Below are positions 8,619 through 17,576 of a DNA stretch of 35,318 bases, piece by piece (position 1 is the first letter of the stretch; every line of letters begins with the position of its first letter). The position numbers and the translations under genes are program-made. Below the pieces are notes generated by a model. The model ran no database searches and was not told where the DNA came from. It saw only the letters and a program-made list of their open reading frames with translations. Source of the DNA: a virus (lineage: Duplodnaviria; Caudoviricetes); the IMG/VR virus record IMGVR_UViG_3300035494_000069, positions 1-35,318 of that record. One strand, 5' to 3'.

Positions 8619-9118
8619 GACTGGCCCCCTTCGTCACGCTCAAACCGACCGGCGGTTTCAGAGATGCCGTGCGTAGCCTGGAACAGGCGCATGATGTGTT
8701 TGTCGAGGCGAGCGCGTTCGGTTTCATCGATATCGCCGTCGCGCAGGGCGCATTCCAGTTCTGATATCAGCTGCACGGCACGCTTCATCAATGCGGTGCT
8801 GCTGTGCAGTACATCCAGATCAGCCGGGGCGGCAGGCACTGTTTCAGGGATGAACCACACGGCACCCACTTCAGCGCACAGGGCATCGAGAATGCGGGTG
8901 TCTTTGGTGATGCGCAGGATCTCCACCGCTTCGTCCAGCCGCAGGTGATGGCCGTCCTGATCCGGGTCCAGCTTCTTGCGCAGAGTGTCGGGGCTGGGAT
9001 GGTTGCCCATCATCGCGGCGACGACAGGCAGACCGCCTTTGTAACTGTGAACGGCGTGGTAAACCGCCATTTGGGGAGTGTGAATGCCACCATGGCATTG
9101 GCGTGTCCGTCTGCTCAT
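8615..9118 (-). CDS. Phage regulatory CII-family protein
   Basis: TLRKKLDPDQDGHHLRLDEA...ALRDGDIDETE; position after the cro-like gene. Confidence 0.8.
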   Translation of the reverse strand: MSRRTRQCHGGIHTPQMAVYHAVHSYKGGLPVVAAMMGNHPSPDTLRKKLDPDQDGHHLRLDEAVEILRITKDTRILDALCAEVGAVWFIPETVPAAPADLDVLHSSTALMKRAVQLISELECALRDGDIDETERARLDKHIMRLFQATHGISETAGRFERDEGGQS

Positions 9119-9184
9119 GTCCGTATCTCTTTTATATAGCCGTAGTTCAGAGGGGGTGACTGGGCTTAAATGAGTCCTGAGGGT

Positions 9185-9367
9185 TCAGCTTTTGCGGGAC
9201 TCGATCGCCTCCTGAATCAGTCGAGCGCCCATGCTGGAGCGGGATCTATCTTCGTCATCCGCCATCTTGCTGACCTCGTCGAGCAGGTCTTTGGGCAAGA
9301 CCACCTGCAGTGTGCGGCGGGGCCGGATTCTGTCGCGATTTTGCGTTGTGGTGTCTGTAGAGGGCAT
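9185..9367 (-). CDS. Ribbon-helix-helix (Arc/CopG-like) regulator in the Cro position
   Basis: TLQVVLP strand, then DLLDEVSKMADDEDRSRSSMGARLIQEAI helices; divergent from the repressor. Confidence 0.75.
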   Translation of the reverse strand: MPSTDTTTQNRDRIRPRRTLQVVLPKDLLDEVSKMADDEDRSRSSMGARLIQEAIESRKS

Positions 9368-9417
9368 AGCCTAGAATTCCTTTAGTTATTAGCCGTTAAT
9401 AACCGTTACTAACAGCA

Positions 9418-9446
9418 ATGATTGCACTCGTTTGAGTGCATGTCAA
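9418..9446 (-). promoter_or_regulatory. Lytic early promoter (TTGACA-17-AATCAT) with palindromic operator TGCACTC-GTTT-GAGTGCA in its spacer
   Basis: Perfect -35 on the minus strand at 9441-9446; palindrome at 9423-9440. Confidence 0.7.
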
Positions 9447-9461
9447 CAAAAGTGTATCCGA

Positions 9462-9857
9462 ATGAGTGAAATTGGGGACCGGTTAAAGGAGGAAAGGGAG
9501 CGCCTTGGCCTGAGTCAGGAAGAGTTTGGTGCAGTTGGTGGAGTGGCGAGAAACGCCCAATCCAACTATGAAAAGGGCAAAAGGGCGCCCGATAGCGAGT
9601 ATTTGTGTGCAATTGCCAGTGCCGGTGCCGATGTACTGTACATCCTGACAGGCACTCGAATGGATACATCAGTCACGGGGTTGTCATCGGATGAGGTAGA
9701 GCTGCTGGGCGTATACCGTGGCTGTACCCACCTTGGGCAGCGGCACCTGATGGCAGCGGGCAAAGCCTTCCAGTCGTTGGCCCTTGATAATCACAGTGTT
9801 GAATCAAAAGGCCCCGTTTATTTGGCCGCCGCTGAAGATGAAGGGACTTTTGGTTAG
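9462..9857 (+). CDS. XRE-family HTH immunity repressor, no S24 peptidase domain
   Basis: IGDRLKEERERLGLSQEEFG...AQSNYEKGKRAP...ADVLYILTG. Confidence 0.9.
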   Translation: MSEIGDRLKEERERLGLSQEEFGAVGGVARNAQSNYEKGKRAPDSEYLCAIASAGADVLYILTGTRMDTSVTGLSSDEVELLGVYRGCTHLGQRHLMAAGKAFQSLALDNHSVESKGPVYLAAAEDEGTFG

Positions 9858-9918
9858 AAAACGCGCACGCACAGTATTAGACTGTTAGTAATTGTTATTA
9901 AGTGACAGGGAGTTGAAC

Positions 9919-10284
9919 ATGCAATTGAAGGGTATTTTGCTGGGCTTGCTGATGGCGTCGCCCCAAGCGATCGCTGCCGATCCAACCATTCCGTATGAAG
10001 TGATCAAGCGGGATGAACTGGGCAGCATCAAGCTCAGCCTTGATGTTCAGGTACCGCTGGTAGATGGGCGCCTGCCCAGCACCGATGAGCTGGGGGCGGT
10101 GTCTGAACACCTGGTTGAAACCTCGGCCAGGCATGATCGCACCTTCGTCAGCTTCTACCTGCCCGATATGAAAGTCGGTGCCGGCGCGTTCGCCACCGCC
10201 CACCACAACCCTGATATGCAGGTGCAGATTCAGGACTTCATGCTGATGCAGTACCCGCAGTACCTGGAACTGCTGGATCAGTGA
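9919..10284 (+). CDS. Exported hypothetical protein
   Basis: Signal peptide MQLKGILLGLLMASPQAIA; GGAG RBS. Confidence 0.75.
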   Translation: MQLKGILLGLLMASPQAIAADPTIPYEVIKRDELGSIKLSLDVQVPLVDGRLPSTDELGAVSEHLVETSARHDRTFVSFYLPDMKVGAGAFATAHHNPDMQVQIQDFMLMQYPQYLELLDQ

Positions 10285-10285
10285 C

Positions 10286-10801
10286 ATGACCAGCAACCTG
10301 CCGATCGTCACCATCACCTATACCGACCTCGGCGGGAACACCACCCGCCGCAGCGTCGAGATCCGATCCACAGACGACGAACGCTTCGAGGCGATCTGCC
10401 ATAAAGCCCACGCCGTCCGCACGTTTCGTTTTGACCGTGTCTCGGCCGTTGAAAGCGAGGCCGGCCAGCCGATCGACCGCGATACCTGGATCAAGACAGT
10501 AAGCGGCAGTGATATCCCATACCGTGACCCAACGATCAGACGACCCCTGGAAGATGACGGCCGCATCAGCGTGATGTTCACCGGGCTTGGCAAAGCGCTG
10601 AAGCCCTACGCTGTGGCACTGGCGGAGCAGCACGATATGCGGGTGATCAAGTCCACCTTCAGTGCGCGGCTGGGTTTTTTGGTGGCGGGGCCAACTGCTG
10701 GCCCCAGTAAGCTGTCAAAGGCGCGGGATCTGGGGGTTGAGGTGATCAGCTACGAGCAGTTTTTGCAGCTGCTGGAAACCGGCGAGGTGCCGGAAGAATA
10801 G
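10286..10801 (+). CDS. WYL-like plus BRCT domain protein
   Basis: ITYTDLGGNTTRRSVE...AICH...VRTFRFDRV (WYL); VMFTG...FLVAGPTAGPSKLSKARDLGVEVISYEQF (BRCT). Confidence 0.82.
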   Translation: MTSNLPIVTITYTDLGGNTTRRSVEIRSTDDERFEAICHKAHAVRTFRFDRVSAVESEAGQPIDRDTWIKTVSGSDIPYRDPTIRRPLEDDGRISVMFTGLGKALKPYAVALAEQHDMRVIKSTFSARLGFLVAGPTAGPSKLSKARDLGVEVISYEQFLQLLETGEVPEE

Positions 10802-10843
10802 CTGGTATTCCTGTTAGCAATACGGAAATAAAAAGGACCTTTA

Positions 10844-11140
10844 ATGAGATATTTAATCGCTTCCCTGCTGTTTGTTTTTTCAGCTGCAGCATCATCCGAA
10901 GTCTTGAGCGGACGAGTTATAAAAGTATCGGATGGCGATACAGTAACAAGTCTCAACATTGAAGGCCCTCAGGTGAAAACCAACCTTGCATCAGAGGACA
11001 CTTTTGGAAAGTGTGGCTCGAAAAAATACTGCAAAGAAATGAGCAGCTGTGCAGAGGCTAAATTTTACTTGACGCAATGCGGTCTCAGTCGGCTCGACCG
11101 TGATGGTGACGGCATTCCATGTGAGTCGCTATGCCGATGA
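10844..11140 (+). CDS. Exported Excalibur Ca-binding domain protein with a remnant thermonuclease N-terminus
   Basis: Signal peptide; GRVIKVSDGDT; CKEMSSCAEA...LDRDGDGIPCESLC. Confidence 0.8.
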   Translation: MRYLIASLLFVFSAAASSEVLSGRVIKVSDGDTVTSLNIEGPQVKTNLASEDTFGKCGSKKYCKEMSSCAEAKFYLTQCGLSRLDRDGDGIPCESLCR

Positions 11141-12142
11141 TTATTGCTTCACCTCCATCTCCACCCTCACGGTGTACCCGCTCTCACTCAGCGAGTGCAC
11201 CACCCGCTCCGTCACCCAGTCTGTCCCGTCGATATCCGGCTTAAACCCCACCACGCTCACTGGCGTTTCCGGGTACAGCTCGGCAATGCCTTCAGCCAGG
11301 TTCAGCGTCAGCTTGCCGCCGGCGCGCTTCATGCTGTGCCATTCCGCCTTGGCGGCACTCTCGGCCTCGGCCGCGTTGGGGTAGGTGTGGCGCAGCACTT
11401 TTGCGTTCTCGTCTGTGCCCACGGTTACTGTCTGCTGCTGCCCGGTGCTGGTGTCTTGCCAGTGGGCCTGCACGCCTGTGTAGTCGCTGTCACGCTCGGT
11501 GCGCTGGTATTGGTGTTGGTCGCCCTTGCTTCGGCTGATCGTGATGGCCGGGATGGCGCTGCCGCCGGCGGTGGTGCCGGTACCGGCGGGCTTGAACAGC
11601 AGTCGGCCATCCTTCACGGTGGCCACTGCGCCGTACTGTTCGCCCAGGCGGGTGATCAGGTTCAGGTCGCTCTCGCCGGTCTGGTCCAGGTGTGCGATCG
11701 GCGTTGCGGCCAGCTCGGCGTCAATCGACTGCTGCAGGCCATTGCGGCTGGCCACGGCACTCAGGATGTCCCCCAGCTTTACCCCGTGGTAGCTCTGCTC
11801 CCGTTTGCGCTTGATGCTGCCTTTGAAGTCGGCGCTGCGGGCACGCAGGGTCAATACATCGGGCGGCCCTGAATGGCTTACTTCGTCCAGGGTGAACCGC
11901 CCCTTGTAGACCAGGGCGTCTTTCCAGCCGATCCAGCACTCGATGGTGGCTTTCTGCGGTGGCATGGCCAGCAGGCCTTCGTGGTCATCCAGGGTAATGT
12001 CCAGCTGGTCGGCCTTGTCGCCGCGCTCGTCTGTCAGGGTCAGGTTGATCAGTCGGCCGTTGACCGTGGGTGTGATGTTCTGGCCGTTGACGATCAGGCG
12101 GTAACTGGGTGTGCGGCTGCCGCTGCTCATGCGGCTATTCAT
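11141..12142 (-). CDS. D: P2 gpD-like late control/baseplate hub protein
   Basis: ADQLDITLDD, HSGPPD, DQTGESD motifs; synteny. Confidence 0.92.
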   Translation of the reverse strand: MNSRMSSGSRTPSYRLIVNGQNITPTVNGRLINLTLTDERGDKADQLDITLDDHEGLLAMPPQKATIECWIGWKDALVYKGRFTLDEVSHSGPPDVLTLRARSADFKGSIKRKREQSYHGVKLGDILSAVASRNGLQQSIDAELAATPIAHLDQTGESDLNLITRLGEQYGAVATVKDGRLLFKPAGTGTTAGGSAIPAITISRSKGDQHQYQRTERDSDYTGVQAHWQDTSTGQQQTVTVGTDENAKVLRHTYPNAAEAESAAKAEWHSMKRAGGKLTLNLAEGIAELYPETPVSVVGFKPDIDGTDWVTERVVHSLSESGYTVRVEMEVKQ

Positions 12143-12567
12143 GCAACTACCTCGCTCGGATCGGTGATCAGGCCTACCTGGTCGATGCGGTTATCGTCTA
12201 CGCGGTTCAGCGTCAGGCTGAAGTCGATGCGCCGGGGCAGGCCGTCAACGCGGAACAGGGTACCGGTCTCGCTGACGCCCTCGATCACCCACAGGCCATA
12301 CACGCGGCCGGTGGCATCCACCAGTACGTAGGGCAGGCCCTGATCGCCCATGTAGCGCAGCGTATCCAGGGCGTTGCGATCGCCTGCCAGCTCGGGTGAC
12401 AGCCAGCCGCTCAGGGTGATGGTGTCGTCGCCTTCGCCCACAAACTGGCGCGCAGGGCGCTGGCCCACGCGGTTGTTGGCGGCCCACCGCCAGTTGGTCT
12501 GCCGTTGCAGCTGTTGATAGGCGAGGGTGTTGATGCCCCATACAAACTGGCCCAGTGACATCAGCAT
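12139..12567 (-). CDS. U: P2 gpU-like tail protein
   Basis: MLMSLGQFV...QFVGEGDDTITLSG; synteny. Confidence 0.92.
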   Translation of the reverse strand: MLMSLGQFVWGINTLAYQQLQRQTNWRWAANNRVGQRPARQFVGEGDDTITLSGWLSPELAGDRNALDTLRYMGDQGLPYVLVDATGRVYGLWVIEGVSETGTLFRVDGLPRRIDFSLTLNRVDDNRIDQVGLITDPSEVVA

Positions 12568-12569
12568 GG

Positions 12570-15242
12570 TCAGTCCTCATCTCGTAACTGTGAACGGGTG
12601 GCGGCGGCCTGCTGCAGGTGAAGTTCCTGGATCTTGCGTGTGACCAGGTTGGCCAGCGCCTCTTCATCCATGCCGGGTGCCGCATGGATGTGGATCTCGC
12701 CGATGCTCAGGCTGTTGCCGGTACCGGCTGACTGGCGGGGTTGCAGGGCCGGGCGGTTGTCGAACTGGATGCCACCGGCGCCGGCCATTGCCGGTTGCGC
12801 CCCAGGTTCGTCAAGGCCGAGCTGTTCACCCACCCAGCCACCGGCCGCCTTGAGTTTGTCGAAGGCGCTGTTCTTCAGGTTGCCCAGGGCGTTGCGCAGC
12901 TTGCCGGCCAGCTCACGGCCTTTTTCGAGTAGGCGGTTGCCTATGCCTGCGATGCGCTCCAAAACGCCGCCTTCACCGTTGCCCAGCCCCTGCTGCAGGC
13001 CGCCCATCACATCACCGCCGTGCTCGGTGAACACACGGCTGGGGGAGTTGATGCCCAGCTTCTCCTTGAACCAGCCCGAGACGGACGAGGCGATGTTGGT
13101 GATTTTGTCCTTCACCGCCGTAATGCCGCCCATCAAGCCGCTGATCAGCCCCTGAATCAGGTTGGCCCCGAACTCGCTGAACTTGGCGGGCAGCTCGATA
13201 CCCAGGGCGGACAGGCCTTTCTGGATCATCGAATACAGGATGCCCAGCGGGGACCAGTTGAGCAGCAGGGCGCCGACCCCGGCGATACCGCCGCTGAATG
13301 CCTCTTTCACCTGCTGCCACATACCGACAAAAAACGCCTTGATGGGCTCCCAGTTGCGGTAGATCAGATAGGCAGCGCCTGCGATCGCAGCGACAGCCAG
13401 GCCGATGGGGTTGGCCATGAACGCCTTGCCGACCCACATGATCGCGTTGCCCAGCATGGGCAGTACGGTTTTGCCCAGAGTGGTCAGAACAGTACCGAGC
13501 GCACCGCCCTTGAGCCCTGCGGCCACAAACACCCAGCGCATGATCGCCAGTGGTCCCATCAGTGCCGACACGGCCAGTGCCAGGGTGCCGAAGGTCACCA
13601 ATAGCACACCGGCGACAACCGCCACCTTAGCGATCGTACCTGCCAACACCGGGTTCTCTTTGATCCAGTTACCGACTCCACGCACCATGCTAGTGACCAT
13701 CTGAATCGCGCCACGCAGCGGGCCATCGTTCAGCTCTGTCAGCTCGATGGCCACATCCTGTGCCGCGCTCTTGAGCGACATGAAATCACCGGCCGCGTTG
13801 TCGGCTTGCACAGCGGCTGTGCGCTGAGCTTCACCGGTGGCATTCTGCAGCTCACTGATCAGCTTCTGCAGATCTCCGGTACCGGCCTGCTTGGTCAGTA
13901 CGGCCAGTGCCGAGAACGCCTCTTCACCGGCGATCGCCTTGAAGCTGGCCGCTCGCTGCGCTGCGCCCAGGTCTTTGGTTTTGTCGTGCAGCTCGGTCAG
14001 CAGGTCGGTCATCGGCCGCAGGTTGCCCTGGGCGTCTTTGGTGCGAATGCCCAGCTCGGCCAATGCATCGGCGGCGGCCTTGGGTGGTGCCGCCATACGG
14101 CTGTAGATGGATCGCAGGGCGGTACCGGCCATGCTGCCCTGAATACCCGCGTCACCCAGTTTACCCGCCATGGCTGCGGCCTCTTCAAGCGTACCGCCAA
14201 GCCCTGACGCAACTGGGGCGACGTACTTCATGGTATCGCCCAGCATGGCAAGATCGACGTTGGCACGGGTAAAGGTGCCCACCAGTACGTCACCGGCTCG
14301 GCCCATGTCAGCCGCCTGCAGGTTAAAGCCAGTCAAAATGTTGGAGCCGATATCGGCAGCTTGCCCCAGCTCGATGCCTGCGGCTTTGGCCAGTGACAGC
14401 ATGCCAGGCATGGCGTTGATGATTGCATCAGGGGTGAAGCCTGCCATCGCCAGATAACCTTGGCCGGCGGCTGCATCAGAGGCTGAGAACGAGGTGGTGG
14501 CCCCTAGGTCGCGGGCCTGTTTACGCAGTGCAATGTACTCTTCGGACTCTTTGTTCAGGCGTGTCAGTGCCTGAACCTGGCTCATGGCAGCATCAAACTC
14601 CATGCCAGGCTGAATGACCCGCATGGCGCCGTAACTGATTGTGCTGCCCATAGCGGCGGCACGGAAGCCGGCCCCGGCAATCTGGTTGGCCGTTTCTTGC
14701 GTAGCTGCGAAGCTGGCAGACGCGGCTTTCAGGCGTTCCTGTCGCTGAGTGAGCCGATCCAGCGCCTTCTGCTGCCGCCGCATGGATGCAGTCGCGGTAT
14801 CAATGTCCTGGGACAGCTTGAGGTTGTGATGCGACAGCTGCTTAACATTGATCCCGGCTTCGCCCAGGCGTTGCCTTGCCGTTTTGAGAGTGTCGAGATG
14901 ACGGATGTGCTTGTTACGCAGCTGGCTGACCCTGTCGCCAGCGCGTTCGAATTCTCGGGTGAGTTTGCGGCTGGGGTTGGCCGTCGCCTCGATCTCTCGC
15001 TGGAGGCGGCGGTAGTGTTCAGAGGCCGCGCCCAGCTCTGTGCGGCTCTGTTTGGTGGCACGGCTCAGCTGCTGGAATGAGCTGATATCTTTCTGCTGAC
15101 GCTGTAGGCCGGCCAGTTGCCCTTTGGCGGCCTTGAGCTGCTGTGCGGTAGCGCTGCTGCCCCGCATCACCTTCTTCAGCGGGGCAGAGGCCTTGTCGAT
15201 GGTGCTGAGAATCAGGTCCAGAGTCAGGCGCTTGTTGCTCAC
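12570..15242 (-). CDS. T: Tail tape measure protein
   Basis: 890 aa, Ala/Gly-rich; FDAAMSQV, GIQGSMAGT, LGINSPSRVF motifs. Confidence 0.95.
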   Translation of the reverse strand: MSNKRLTLDLILSTIDKASAPLKKVMRGSSATAQQLKAAKGQLAGLQRQQKDISSFQQLSRATKQSRTELGAASEHYRRLQREIEATANPSRKLTREFERAGDRVSQLRNKHIRHLDTLKTARQRLGEAGINVKQLSHHNLKLSQDIDTATASMRRQQKALDRLTQRQERLKAASASFAATQETANQIAGAGFRAAAMGSTISYGAMRVIQPGMEFDAAMSQVQALTRLNKESEEYIALRKQARDLGATTSFSASDAAAGQGYLAMAGFTPDAIINAMPGMLSLAKAAGIELGQAADIGSNILTGFNLQAADMGRAGDVLVGTFTRANVDLAMLGDTMKYVAPVASGLGGTLEEAAAMAGKLGDAGIQGSMAGTALRSIYSRMAAPPKAAADALAELGIRTKDAQGNLRPMTDLLTELHDKTKDLGAAQRAASFKAIAGEEAFSALAVLTKQAGTGDLQKLISELQNATGEAQRTAAVQADNAAGDFMSLKSAAQDVAIELTELNDGPLRGAIQMVTSMVRGVGNWIKENPVLAGTIAKVAVVAGVLLVTFGTLALAVSALMGPLAIMRWVFVAAGLKGGALGTVLTTLGKTVLPMLGNAIMWVGKAFMANPIGLAVAAIAGAAYLIYRNWEPIKAFFVGMWQQVKEAFSGGIAGVGALLLNWSPLGILYSMIQKGLSALGIELPAKFSEFGANLIQGLISGLMGGITAVKDKITNIASSVSGWFKEKLGINSPSRVFTEHGGDVMGGLQQGLGNGEGGVLERIAGIGNRLLEKGRELAGKLRNALGNLKNSAFDKLKAAGGWVGEQLGLDEPGAQPAMAGAGGIQFDNRPALQPRQSAGTGNSLSIGEIHIHAAPGMDEEALANLVTRKIQELHLQQAAATRSQLRDED

Positions 15243-15358
15243 TTCTCGTCTCCCTCCCAGCGCTTGCGCGCCCGTTCTCGCCAGTCCATCAGTTCAACCA
15301 GTTCCATGTCGGCCATGTCGCTGGGCCGCCAGTGGAACACCATGGCGATGTCCGCCAT
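15239..15358 (-). CDS. E': gpE' tail assembly chaperone extension, expressed as E+E' by -1 frameshift
   Basis: MADIAMVFHWRPSDM; lies in the -1 frame after the T6 slippery site at 15409-15418. Confidence 0.85.
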   Translation of the reverse strand: MADIAMVFHWRPSDMADMELVELMDWRERARKRWEGDEK

Positions 15359-15366
15359 GGCTTCGT

Positions 15367-15720
15367 CTACGCGGTCAGGAAGGCTTCTTCCTTCCGCTCC
15401 TTCTGCACGAAAAAACCCACCAGCTCCGTGCCCACAGCGGTCAAGTCGGCGGTGTCCATGTTGGCCACATCCTGTTTGGTCAGCGTCGGTGAGCTGATAC
15501 GGGGCAGCAGCACCTGCAGGCTGTTGAAGTCCAGGTTCAGGATCTCCTGAAGACTGAGCCCGCGCAGTTCGCCTGATTTCGGCTTGCGTAGGGTGATCAC
15601 GTCAATTACTTGCTCGCCGCGCTTGATTGGCTCATCCAGTTTCACGGAATAAGGCGGCAGCTCTTTTGGTTCAACGATGGTGACTTCGTTCTGATTCTGG
15701 TCAGGTAGTTCTTTTTTCAT
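15367..15720 (-). CDS. E: gpE tail assembly chaperone
   Basis: LDEPIKRG...ITLRKPKSGELRGLSL...LLPRISSPTL. Confidence 0.9.
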   Translation of the reverse strand: MKKELPDQNQNEVTIVEPKELPPYSVKLDEPIKRGEQVIDVITLRKPKSGELRGLSLQEILNLDFNSLQVLLPRISSPTLTKQDVANMDTADLTAVGTELVGFFVQKERKEEAFLTA

Positions 15721-15785
15721 GGTATGCATCCCGTTGCAGTGAAAAAGGGCCGGCGCCTGGGGGCCACCGGCCAAGCCGTGAAGGG

Positions 15786-16295
15786 TTAGAGCCCGATTGC
15801 GCGGCGCTGGTCAGCCAGGCGGTCTACGCCATCGATCCGCTCGATCATGTTCATGATGTCGATTTCGATCACTTCGATACCGTTGATGGTCATCTTGTAG
15901 TAGCTGACCTCGGTGGTGACTTTGAACTGGCTGTTGTCACCCGGCTTGGCGGTACCCGGGTCGATGGCGCTGTGGCGGCCGCGCACGGTGATCTCGACCG
16001 CGTCGACCTCGCCGGTGTCGTCACGCTGGTAGGCACCGGCAAAGCGCAGCAGCACGCCATCGTGGCGGGTGATGCCGAATTGGTGCAGCGGCTCTCGCAT
16101 GAGGCCGCCGCAGGTCCATTCCATGGACAGGGCTTCCATGCCGTGGTCCGTCTTGATGGGGGCATTCATACCGCCTGCCCGCCATTCCTCCATGATTCGG
16201 GTGAGTACAGGAGGGACAACCTCCTCAACCTGCCCGGCGTACGAGACGCCATCGTTGAACAGGTTCATGTTCTTGAGCTTACGAGGCAGCGCCAT
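15786..16295 (-). CDS. FII: Major tail tube protein
   Basis: MALPRKLKNMNLFNDG. Confidence 0.95.
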   Translation of the reverse strand: MALPRKLKNMNLFNDGVSYAGQVEEVVPPVLTRIMEEWRAGGMNAPIKTDHGMEALSMEWTCGGLMREPLHQFGITRHDGVLLRFAGAYQRDDTGEVDAVEITVRGRHSAIDPGTAKPGDNSQFKVTTEVSYYKMTINGIEVIEIDIMNMIERIDGVDRLADQRRAIGL

Positions 16296-16309
16296 CGGTC
16301 ATCCCTCCG

Positions 16310-17482
16310 TTATGCGTTGATCTGGCTGGCGAAGTCGGCCAGGTAGCGGTCGGTGATGCGCTGGCGGAACATCAGGTTCTCCAGCGGGGGCACCGGGGTG
16401 TAGTCGTAATCGATGTAGAGCTTGCCTGCCTTCAGCGTGGTCTCATCGTTCACGGTGTCGTCGTACCAGGCAGAGCCGTCGATGATGTAGCCCAGGGCCT
16501 TCCACTCGCGGAACTTGGCGTTGATGCCTTCGATGATGTCGCGGATCAGGCTTGCATGCATCGGCTTGTCTACCGCCCACAGGTGCGCCTCGGCCATGGT
16601 GTCGGCAATGACATGCGCGGTGCGGGTGTAGTTCTCGAACGCGAACAGCGGATCGATTGTGCAGGTGCGCGAGCCCCAGAAGCGGAAGCCGCCCCGGTTG
16701 ATCAGCGTGGTGACTTCGGCCTCGTTCAAATAGCCCGCATCGGTCGCCGGGTTCTGCAGATCCCAGTAGATGTCTTTGCTGATGCCGGTGACGCCGTTCA
16801 CGGGCACGTTGGACAGAGTTTTGTGCCAGCCGATCTCTTCATCGATCTTGGCGCGCAGACCCAGCGCACGAGCCGTGGCGAAAAGCGTGGTCTCGGCATT
16901 GGCAACGGTGTCCCAGCCCAAGAAGTCAGGCCAGATCACCATGCATTCACGGCTGCCGAAGTTGTCGCGGTAGGTGACAGCCTCTTCCTTGGTGGCGGCA
17001 CCGAAGGCGCTGATGTACGCGAACGCGCGCATCTGCTCGGCAATGCTGACCAGCTCGGTCGCCACGGCCTGATCATCCAACCCCGGCACGCCCAAGATGC
17101 GGGGCTTCACGCCGAACTGACTCTCGGCCGCCATCAGCGCCTTCATGCCAGTGTACTGGCCCTCTGCTGTGACGGTGCCGATCAGGTTGGTGGTGGTCGC
17201 GGCCGCGTCGATACCCTCGGGCACGCGCACAGCCACGATGACGGGTTTGGTCTGGTCGGCGATGGCGTCCAGCGCCTTGGACAGCGTGCCGGTGGTACCC
17301 GCCTTGCCGATCGCTTCCATGACGTTGGTGATCAGCTTGGGTTTGTTCTCGGGGAAGTAGTCAGCGTCGGCATCTTCAGCGGTGGCAACCAGCCCGATCA
17401 CGGCCGTCGATACGGTCCGGATCGGGCGGGTGCCCTCGTTGATCTCGATGACGCGGACGCCGTGATGGTATTCGGTTGCCAT
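16310..17482 (-). CDS. FI: Tail sheath protein
   Basis: YHHGVRVIEINEGTRPI...GFRFWGSRT...YDYTPVPPLE. Confidence 0.96.
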   Translation of the reverse strand: MATEYHHGVRVIEINEGTRPIRTVSTAVIGLVATAEDADADYFPENKPKLITNVMEAIGKAGTTGTLSKALDAIADQTKPVIVAVRVPEGIDAAATTTNLIGTVTAEGQYTGMKALMAAESQFGVKPRILGVPGLDDQAVATELVSIAEQMRAFAYISAFGAATKEEAVTYRDNFGSRECMVIWPDFLGWDTVANAETTLFATARALGLRAKIDEEIGWHKTLSNVPVNGVTGISKDIYWDLQNPATDAGYLNEAEVTTLINRGGFRFWGSRTCTIDPLFAFENYTRTAHVIADTMAEAHLWAVDKPMHASLIRDIIEGINAKFREWKALGYIIDGSAWYDDTVNDETTLKAGKLYIDYDYTPVPPLENLMFRQRITDRYLADFASQINA

Positions 17483-17517
17483 TGGCTCTCTCCTGCGGTT
17501 TGCGTTGCACTGGACTC

Positions 17518-17576
17518 AGTGTGCAGCCTCGCGCGAGGAGAGAGGAGGAATGGGGGGTGTAGGGTGGGGTTTTACA
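17518..17576 (-). promoter_or_regulatory. Late promoter pF with Ogr-type activator site
   Basis: TGTAG-N9-TTACA (17558-17576), CCTCGCGCGAGG palindrome, -10-like CACACT. Confidence 0.7.
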
